The translations under genes and the position numbers were made by a program. DNA of 21,797 nucleotides from Candidatus Micrarchaeota archaeon (GTDB taxonomy: Archaea; Micrarchaeota; Micrarchaeia; Anstonellales; Bilamarchaeaceae), in assembly GCA_040754495.1 (NCBI GenBank), contig JBFMCO010000061.1:1-21797 (forward strand), written 5' to 3'. The notes beneath the pieces were generated by a model. The model was not told the origin of the DNA. It saw only the letters and a program-made list of their open reading frames with translations, and ran no database searches. Positions 15,413 to 21,797 of this stretch are shown piece after piece (within the stretch, counting starts at the first letter, position 1; each line of letters opens with the position of its first letter).

Positions 15413-16195
15413 TTAAGGGCGGGGAAGATGCCGGCTGATTTTGCCGCCTGAAGCGGCGTACATGAGGCCTGCGATGCCAAGCCAGACATATGATACTACA
15501 TAGAACAGCGTCACGGGATGGCTCGGCGTGTATTCCTCATAAGCGGCAAGGCGCAGGTACCATATGTCCCCGGCCGCGAGCAGGAGCAGCGAAAACCCGA
15601 AAATGAGCAGTATGGGCTGGAACTCCCTTCCTCCCAGGAAGCTGATGAGGAGCGCGGCCATCATCGAAAGCAGCAGGGTGTCGCCGAGCACGTACCCGGC
15701 ATTGATGAGGTTCTCCTCCAGCGAGGCGTCGCTGGCGGCCACGATGTCCTTGGTGTAGAGGAAAGAGCCTGCGCCGACCACGAGAAAAACCAGCAGGGCC
15801 GCGGTTGCGGTCTTTGCGGCCGGAACCGCCCTCTCGAAACCAAGGTAAAGCGAGTACAGGAACGGCACGTAGCCTGCCAGCCAGAAGAAATCCGCGGGCG
15901 AGGCCGAGGGGGCGTCTATCCCGAGCACTATCTCGTAGAAAGACCATATTCCTTCAGCCAGCGTCCACATGGCCATGGCAAGCGCAAGGTAAAAGAAGCT
16001 CACCCACGGCTGGGACGACCTCATCGATGCCGCATGCGCCCGGTAGAGGGCGAGAGCTGCGAAAGCCGCCGACAGGGTGGAGAGGATGTCGAGCAAGTTG
16101 CCGTAGAATTCCGCCTGCGAGAGCAGGAGATGGGCCGTGATGAGGAGGATGGAGAACGCCAGGCCGGAAAGGAGATAGGGCGTGCTGCGGTCCAT
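15413..16195 (-). CDS. Stand-alone multi-TM protein resembling membrane sensor input domains (about 260 aa)
   Basis: About 7-8 hydrophobic segments with motifs WTLAEGIWSFYE, SPADFFWLAGY, YVLGD and AAGDIWY, typical of N-terminal membrane domains of kinases/cyclases. No cytoplasmic domain. Confidence 0.75.
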   Translation of the reverse strand: MDRSTPYLLSGLAFSILLITAHLLLSQAEFYGNLLDILSTLSAAFAALALYRAHAASMRSSQPWVSFFYLALAMAMWTLAEGIWSFYEIVLGIDAPSASPADFFWLAGYVPFLYSLYLGFERAVPAAKTATAALLVFLVVGAGSFLYTKDIVAASDASLEENLINAGYVLGDTLLLSMMAALLISFLGGREFQPILLIFGFSLLLLAAGDIWYLRLAAYEEYTPSHPVTLFYVVSYVWLGIAGLMYAASGGKISRHLPRP

Positions 16196-16221
16196 TATCT
16201 GGATTTCCCGTGCCCAAGGCA

Positions 16222-16227
16222 TTTAAA
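16222..16227. promoter_or_regulatory. Palindromic TTTAAA box between divergent genes
   Basis: About 30 nt from both the minus ATG (16195) and the plus ATG (16256). Confidence 0.5.
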
Positions 16228-16255
16228 GCTTCTGAAAGAAATGGACGCTGATAAG

Positions 16256-16828
16256 ATGGATTCAGAGTCCCTCAAAGCAGCGCTCGTGAAAGCGCTGCAG
16301 AGCCACGCCGGCGGGGTAATCATGATGGAACTGCCGGCTGAGGATTACTTCGAGGCCAACGCGGCTGCGGTCGCCCAGCTCGCGGAAGACGGCTTCGAAG
16401 GCGTGTACATAAGCTTCCAGAGGCCGTTCGGAAACGTGTCCGGCATGCTGAAGCAGAGGGGGGTCGACACCGGAAAGATTATTTTCATAGACGTAGCGAC
16501 GGCCCTCGGCGAGGAGGAGCACGAGAAGCACAGCCGGTGCATACACATATCCCGGGAGGTAAGCGTGGATGAGCTCGTGAGGGCGGTCCACACCGGCCTG
16601 CGCCGCCTCGGCGGGAAGAAAAAGTTCGTGTTCATAGATTCGCTCACGACGATAACGCTCCACAAGCCCCTATCGGAGAGCATGAGATTCTACGAGTTCC
16701 TCGTGAGCACGGCCAAGGTCGGCGAGAGCGGCCTCGTTCTAGTGCTCAGCGTCGCGAAGGAACTCAGGCAGAAAAGGTTCATAGAGGACGTCGCAGTCCA
16801 TGCGGACGAGGTAATAGGGGTGCAGTGA
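16256..16828 (+). CDS. Inactivated KaiC/RecA-fold protein (about 190 aa; alternative start 16241)
   Basis: GVYISFQRP, KIIFID, Walker B-like FVFIDSLTT and ADEVI are present. The P-loop position reads ELPAEDY (no GKT). Confidence 0.75.
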   Translation: MDSESLKAALVKALQSHAGGVIMMELPAEDYFEANAAAVAQLAEDGFEGVYISFQRPFGNVSGMLKQRGVDTGKIIFIDVATALGEEEHEKHSRCIHISREVSVDELVRAVHTGLRRLGGKKKFVFIDSLTTITLHKPLSESMRFYEFLVSTAKVGESGLVLVLSVAKELRQKRFIEDVAVHADEVIGVQ

Positions 16829-17382
16829 TGGCGGATATCAAGAAACTGGCCAGGGAACTGGCCGAGGCGGACGAAGGAGCCGTTATCCTCGTCGAAACCC
16901 CCATAGAGAACGCACCGGAGGTCGGGCTCGAGGCCATCCGGGCCATGGTGAAGAGGGGGTACACCGGGATCATCGTCTCGGCCAGCAGGCCGTACACCAA
17001 CCTGGTCAGCGTCTATGCGAAGAACGGCATAGACACGAAAAAGGTCTTCATAATAGACTGCGTGACCAAGGCGAGCAGCGTGGAGCCCGAGGAGGCCGCC
17101 AACGTCGTCTACCTGGACAGCGTCTCGGACCTTACCACCATGTCGCTCGCGATAAACAACGCCATGGAGAGCGTGAAGGGCGGCAAGTTCATCTTCCTCG
17201 ACTCCATAAGCACGATGCTAATCTACAACAGGCCGGACATCTTCGCGAAATTCGTTCATATAATGCTGACCAAGATGAGGGTGGGCAACGTGAGCGGGAT
17301 ACTCATCTCGTTCGAGAGCGAGAACAACAAGGAGGTCCGGGCCGAAATCGTGCAGCTCTGCGACAAGGTTATTAAGGTGTGA
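16828..17382 (+). CDS. Inactivated KaiC/RecA-fold protein, paralog of the upstream gene (184 aa)
   Basis: GIIVSASRP, KVFIID, FIFLDSISTML and CDKVI are present. The P-loop position reads ETPIENA. TGATG coupling to the upstream gene. Confidence 0.78.
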   Translation: MADIKKLARELAEADEGAVILVETPIENAPEVGLEAIRAMVKRGYTGIIVSASRPYTNLVSVYAKNGIDTKKVFIIDCVTKASSVEPEEAANVVYLDSVSDLTTMSLAINNAMESVKGGKFIFLDSISTMLIYNRPDIFAKFVHIMLTKMRVGNVSGILISFESENNKEVRAEIVQLCDKVIKV

Positions 17383-17403
17383 AGCGCACCATAGTAGGGG
17401 AAG

Positions 17404-20058
17404 ATGGCATCCGACGCTGATTCTGGGGGGATGTTCAGGCGCATAGTCGAGTCGGCACGCGAGATGATATTCGTGGTCCGGCCGGACGGCAGGATAGAAT
17501 ACGCGAACCCGTACGCCGTCTCGCTCATGAAAAGGCGGCCAGGCGAAATCAGTGGAAAGAGCATAGGCGAGCTTTTCGCCCCGGAAGCGGCAGGGGGCTT
17601 CCAGGAGATACTCAGGGAGGTGTCCACGAAGGGCGAGGCATCCTACAGGGAGGACAAGGTGCATACCCCTGCCGGCGACATCTGGCTCGGAAGCTGGCTG
17701 ATTCCCATGGGGAAGGGCGGGAAAGTCGCAGGCTTCGCAAGGGACATAACAGCGATAAAGGATGCCGAGGCGTCCCTGGAAGAGAGCCGCAAGAGGTATC
17801 TGACGATGTTCGAGGCCTCGCCGGAGGGCGTCGTCCTGCTTGACAGGAATGGGTTGATACTGGATGCCAACGCGCGCCTCAAGGAGTGGCTGGGATATGA
17901 GCCTTCCGAGGCGATAGGAAAACCGCTCTCGGAGATGCCGTTCCTTCCGCCGGCAACGAGAGAGCTGCTGCTTTCCAGGCTCAGGGAGAGGGTAAAGGGC
18001 AGGGAGCTCGAGCCGGCCGACTTCGAGGCGGTGGCCAAGGACGGAAAGCACGTCTGGCTCAGGGTGAGCTCCAACCCGGTCAGGGACGAGCGGGGGAGGA
18101 CCCAGGGGGTGCTGGCGGTCGTAGCCAACATAACCGACAGGAAGGAAGCGGAAATGACGCTCGCGGAGAGCGAGGAGAGGTTCCGCAGGATGTTCGAGGA
18201 GGGGACCGTCGGCATTTCCATTGTAGGCCTCGACGGCAGGTTCGCCAAGGCGAACAACGCGCTGTGCGGGATGCTCGGCTACAGCGAGGCGGAACTCAGG
18301 AAAATCGCGTTCGGGGAACTGACGCACCCGGATGAGAGGGAAAGGGACATAGATGCCGCGAAGCAGATGGCGGAGGGCAAGAGGCAGTCCTACCGGGTGG
18401 AGAAAAGGTACATCCGCAAGAGCGGGGAAACGCTATGGGCATCGCTCAACGCCTCGCTCATGCGCGGAACCGACGGAAAGCCCAAGTATTTCCTCTCGGT
18501 CATAGAGGACATAACAGAGCGGAAGGCGGCGGAGGAGGCCCTCAGCGAAAGCAAGGAGACGCTCAGGCAGCTCGCGGACGCATCCTTCGAAGGAATCGCA
18601 ATAACCGACAACGGAAAGATACTGGCCGTCAACAGGACGCTCGAGGCCATGCTTGGCCGCGGCGGCTCCGAGCTGGCCGGGCGCAACGCGGCCGAGTTCA
18701 TAGCCCCCCGCTCAAGGAAAGATGCCCAAAGAAGGCTGGACGAGGGAGGGGAAGAGCCGTTCGAGTGCGCATGCATAAGGAGCGACGGCTCGGAGATAGA
18801 AACCGAGGTCAGGAGCAAGGCCATAGCATATCATGGAAGGAAGGTAGATGTCATCGTCATGAGGGACGTCACCGAGGCCAAGGCGGCTCGCAAGGCGCTC
18901 GCGCAGAGCGAGGAGAGGTTCAGGCTCATAGTCGAGCGGAGCAGGGATATCATCATGCTGACAGACCCGCGCGGCACCATCATCTACCTCAGCCCTGCCT
19001 GCAGGGAAATCCTCGGCTACCATCCCTCGGACCTTGTGGGGAAAGAGATGATAATGGTGCACCCGGACGATGCCCCGATGGTCAGGAGGGCCATGATGAG
19101 CGCCGCCTCGGGGCAGAGCGTCTCGCTCGAATACCGGATAGCTGCCAGGGACGGCACCGCCAGATGGGTCTCGCACTCGCTCGGGCCGATAAAGGACGAT
19201 GGCAAGGTCATCATGGTCGTCGGCGTCATGCGGGACATCACCGAGCGCAGGGGCGCAGAGGAAGCCATGAGGGAGTCCAGGGACGTCTATGCCGACCTCG
19301 TAGAGAACCTCAATATAGGGATATTCCGCTGGAGCGCCGGCGTGAGCGGGCGGTTCCTCCAGGTGAACCAGGGGCTTGCCGACATGTTCGAGGCAGGCTC
19401 GAAGGACGACCTCATGCGGATGCCGCTTGTCGAGCTGCATGCGAACCACTCCGACAGGCGGATGGTGCTCGACAAGCTCATGAGGGAGGGGTGCCTCAAG
19501 GGCGAGGAGGTGGAATTCGTCACCCTGGGGGGCAGGCGCTTCTGGGGCTCGCTCACCGCGGTCAAGAAGGTCGGCAGGGACGGGGGCCCGTATTTCGACG
19601 GAATCATCGAGGACGTGACTTCAAGGAAGCTGGCCGAGCGGATGATGCTCGAGGAGACGGGGAAGGCGAAGGAACTCATAGACATAGCCGACGAGATGAT
19701 AATAGTCATCGGGGCCGACGAGCGGGTGGAGCTGGTGAACAGGAAGGGATGCGGTATTCTGGGCTATCCCGAGGCCCAGGTGGTCGGAAAGAACTGGTTC
19801 GATTCTTTCATACCCGAGAGGAACAGGGAGGCCATGAGGGAGGTCTTCAGGCAGCTCATCGATGGGAAGGCCACCGCCCCGGAGTTCTACGAGAATCCCG
19901 TCCTGGGAAAGGGCGGGAAGGAGATGAACGTGAGATGGCATAACACTGTCCTGCGGGGAAGCGGCGGGAGGATTACGGCCACGCTCAGCTCGGGGACGCT
20001 GACAGGGCGGCCGGCGGAGGGGCGCAGGGCCGCCGCGCCGGGGCATCAGGCTTATTAA
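17404..20058 (+). CDS. Cytoplasmic protein of seven tandem PAS domains, no output domain (884 aa)
   Basis: Six PAS/PAC units end in RDIT, ANIT, EDIT, RDVT, RDIT and EDVT with ERK-type linkers. A seventh GKNWFD-type PAS ends the protein. Confidence 0.9.
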   Translation: MASDADSGGMFRRIVESAREMIFVVRPDGRIEYANPYAVSLMKRRPGEISGKSIGELFAPEAAGGFQEILREVSTKGEASYREDKVHTPAGDIWLGSWLIPMGKGGKVAGFARDITAIKDAEASLEESRKRYLTMFEASPEGVVLLDRNGLILDANARLKEWLGYEPSEAIGKPLSEMPFLPPATRELLLSRLRERVKGRELEPADFEAVAKDGKHVWLRVSSNPVRDERGRTQGVLAVVANITDRKEAEMTLAESEERFRRMFEEGTVGISIVGLDGRFAKANNALCGMLGYSEAELRKIAFGELTHPDERERDIDAAKQMAEGKRQSYRVEKRYIRKSGETLWASLNASLMRGTDGKPKYFLSVIEDITERKAAEEALSESKETLRQLADASFEGIAITDNGKILAVNRTLEAMLGRGGSELAGRNAAEFIAPRSRKDAQRRLDEGGEEPFECACIRSDGSEIETEVRSKAIAYHGRKVDVIVMRDVTEAKAARKALAQSEERFRLIVERSRDIIMLTDPRGTIIYLSPACREILGYHPSDLVGKEMIMVHPDDAPMVRRAMMSAASGQSVSLEYRIAARDGTARWVSHSLGPIKDDGKVIMVVGVMRDITERRGAEEAMRESRDVYADLVENLNIGIFRWSAGVSGRFLQVNQGLADMFEAGSKDDLMRMPLVELHANHSDRRMVLDKLMREGCLKGEEVEFVTLGGRRFWGSLTAVKKVGRDGGPYFDGIIEDVTSRKLAERMMLEETGKAKELIDIADEMIIVIGADERVELVNRKGCGILGYPEAQVVGKNWFDSFIPERNREAMREVFRQLIDGKATAPEFYENPVLGKGGKEMNVRWHNTVLRGSGGRITATLSSGTLTGRPAEGRRAAAPGHQAY

Positions 20059-20081
20059 GGTATTTTCCGCTTATGACGTCC

Positions 20082-21797
20082 ATGCGGGGGCAATCGAGCG
20101 CGGAATTCCTCATCCTCCTTGCGGTAACCCTTACCATCCTTGTCATAGTGTTCGTCATCGCATGGGACCAGTTCTCGAGCCTGCAGCTGACGAAGGGCGG
20201 CATGGAGGCGCGCAACTCGGTTGAGACGCTCAAGGCCGCCGCGACCGAGGTCTACGGGCAGGGAGAGGGCGCCCGCAGGCTCGTCTACATAAAGATACCG
20301 CCCAACTACGCGCCGAACGCCTCCTTCGTCGCCAACAGGACGATTGCCCTGAAGGTGAGGGAAAACGACATAGCGAGCACGACCGATTTCGACGTCTACG
20401 GCTCCCTCCCAGGCACCGAGGGCGGGCATTTCGTGTGGGTCATTTCCGAGGGCAACCGCGTCCGCATAGGCAACATATTCCTCTTCGTCGACAAGAACTC
20501 AGTGCTCGTCCAGATGCTCCAGACGCAGACGAAGGGCGACAACTTCACCGTGCAGAACATCGGCGACAAGCCGATAAACGTGACGCTCACCCCCTCATGG
20601 ACGCATTCGCCGGTAGTGAACCTCACGCTCAGCGACACGAATTTCAGCCTCGGACCGGGCGATTCGCAGACGGTCGAGGTAGAATTCACCTCATCGTCCA
20701 GCGCGGCAGGCGACTACACCGGGACGCTCGAGGTATTCGGCGATGACGGGGACATCCAGGAAACGTTCCCGCTCCTGCTGGACGCTGACGTGCTGGTGCC
20801 CGACGTGCAGGCGAATATATCCAACGTAAGCGGCGTCGGCGTGATAGGGCATATCTGGTACCAGGCGGTGCCGAGAAACCAGTCGGCCTCAAGGACGTTC
20901 TCCATCTGCAGCCTTCCCAACATAAGCGTGACGACGCTGACGTTCACCGGCACCGGCACGGCCGGGGCGTGGCTGCAGAACACGACGGCCGGCCCCCTTC
21001 CCCCGGACAGCTGCCTCAACCACATGCTGACGCTTAACGTGCCGGCCGGGGCAGCCCTCGGCAACAACACGGGCACGATAGAGATATCGGGCGACGGCAT
21101 CTACAACGACACGATAATAGTGATAATTAACGTCCTGCCCATGGACACCCAGCCCCCAGTCATCACCAACATGAGCCGCTCGCCCCAGCCCGCATTCGTG
21201 CACCAGTTCCTCACCATAAACCTGAGCGTCACGGACGTCAATACCGGCAACAGCAACATAAAGTACTGCGAGATAAAGATAGACAACGGGACACTGCAGA
21301 ACATGACTGCCGTGGACGGAATCTTCGATTCACCCAGGGAGAATGCTTCAATCAGCTATGCGCCGTATTTCATCCGGGCAGGCAACCATACCGCTTCGGC
21401 AAGGTGCGCGGACGCGGGTGGCAACCTCGGGAATTTCACGAACCTTTCATTCGTGATGCACAAGGAGATACTCGTGGTCTTCAAGGACGACGAGCCGGAG
21501 GAGGACGAGGCGCTGTGGGTATACTTCCTGAGCTTCCAGACATCGCAGCTGGGCTATGCCTGGAGCTACGACATGGCATTCGCAGACGACGTCAATAGCG
21601 GAGCCATCGCGCTGAACGCGTACGCGACGCTGCTTTACGGGGATTATGAGGAGGGTGTCGGCAACGACGACACGGTAAGGGCCTTCAACTCGAGCGGGAA
21701 GGCGACCATGCTTTTCTCCGATGCGCTCAAGGAGGGGCCGAGGGAACTCGGCCTCACGAACAACCGGGGGGTGTCGCAAAGCCCGACCACGACCATG
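20082..21797 (+). CDS. Large class III signal peptide surface protein (pilin-like N-terminus plus Ig-like domains), 3' partial; absent from the ORF track
   Basis: MRG|QSSAEFLILLAVTLTILVIVFVI (alternative ATG at 20073). The frame is open to the window end (at least 572 codons). It has beta-rich repeats, a DTQPPVIT Ig-like motif and about 22 NxS/T sequons. Confidence 0.85.
   Translation, partial: MRGQSSAEFLILLAVTLTILVIVFVIAWDQFSSLQLTKGGMEARNSVETLKAAATEVYGQGEGARRLVYIKIPPNYAPNASFVANRTIALKVRENDIASTTDFDVYGSLPGTEGGHFVWVISEGNRVRIGNIFLFVDKNSVLVQMLQTQTKGDNFTVQNIGDKPINVTLTPSWTHSPVVNLTLSDTNFSLGPGDSQTVEVEFTSSSSAAGDYTGTLEVFGDDGDIQETFPLLLDADVLVPDVQANISNVSGVGVIGHIWYQAVPRNQSASRTFSICSLPNISVTTLTFTGTGTAGAWLQNTTAGPLPPDSCLNHMLTLNVPAGAALGNNTGTIEISGDGIYNDTIIVIINVLPMDTQPPVITNMSRSPQPAFVHQFLTINLSVTDVNTGNSNIKYCEIKIDNGTLQNMTAVDGIFDSPRENASISYAPYFIRAGNHTASARCADAGGNLGNFTNLSFVMHKEILVVFKDDEPEEDEALWVYFLSFQTSQLGYAWSYDMAFADDVNSGAIALNAYATLLYGDYEEGVGNDDTVRAFNSSGKATMLFSDALKEGPRELGLTNNRGVSQSPTTTM

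Noticed and set aside
13245-20082. Histidine kinase or GGDEF domains hidden by frameshifts after the terminal PAS domains
   Set aside because: Each stop is followed within 11-40 nt by another recognisable gene, and no H/N/G-box or GGDEF motif appears in other frames.
2136-21779. Numerous long antisense or alternate-frame ORFs (e.g. 6770-7579, 9867-10949, 17218-18327, 18435-19943, 20055-21779 minus)
   Set aside because: These are shadow ORFs typical of high-GC coding DNA. Each overlaps a well-supported gene and lacks motifs.
1-21797. tRNA or rRNA genes
   Set aside because: No cloverleaf with T-loop/D-loop consensus and no rRNA-like segment was found in any intergenic gap.

Overview
GC-rich archaeal DNA. 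A DPANN lineage, probably Micrarchaeota-like, is my inference from the pilin signal-peptide family, NurA, Rpo6 and TATA/GGGGTG signals. Left part (1-6.5 kb): a low-GC gene end (possible IS630-like transposase); an RNase P RNA gene (rnpB, minus strand, 335-644, not in the ORF track) with type M-like architecture, extra helices and a duplicated 3' end; REP-like hairpins; nurA; a Cys-rich anchored surface protein; dcd; a membrane-anchored hypothetical; rpoK (not in the ORF track); a HEAT-repeat/OB-fold fusion; a type IV pilin-like gene; a class V aminotransferase. Right part (6.7-21.8 kb): frameshifted panD, a tandem-V4R protein and a UbiA-family prenyltransferase, then a ~13 kb signalling cluster. 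The cluster has five KaiC-fold domains (one single ATPase, one double-domain KaiC ending in a MinD-like amphipathic tail, two Walker-A-less copies), Cache-HAMP-PAS, HAMP-GAF-PAS3 (split by a frameshift), a stand-alone multi-TM sensor-like protein and a 7xPAS protein. None carries a histidine kinase, receiver, GGDEF/EAL, MCP or DNA-binding output domain. A large class III signal peptide surface protein follows and runs off the window end. Best candidate for a new system: a kinase-free, KaiC-centred sensory network. All calls are from reading the sequence; no searches were run.
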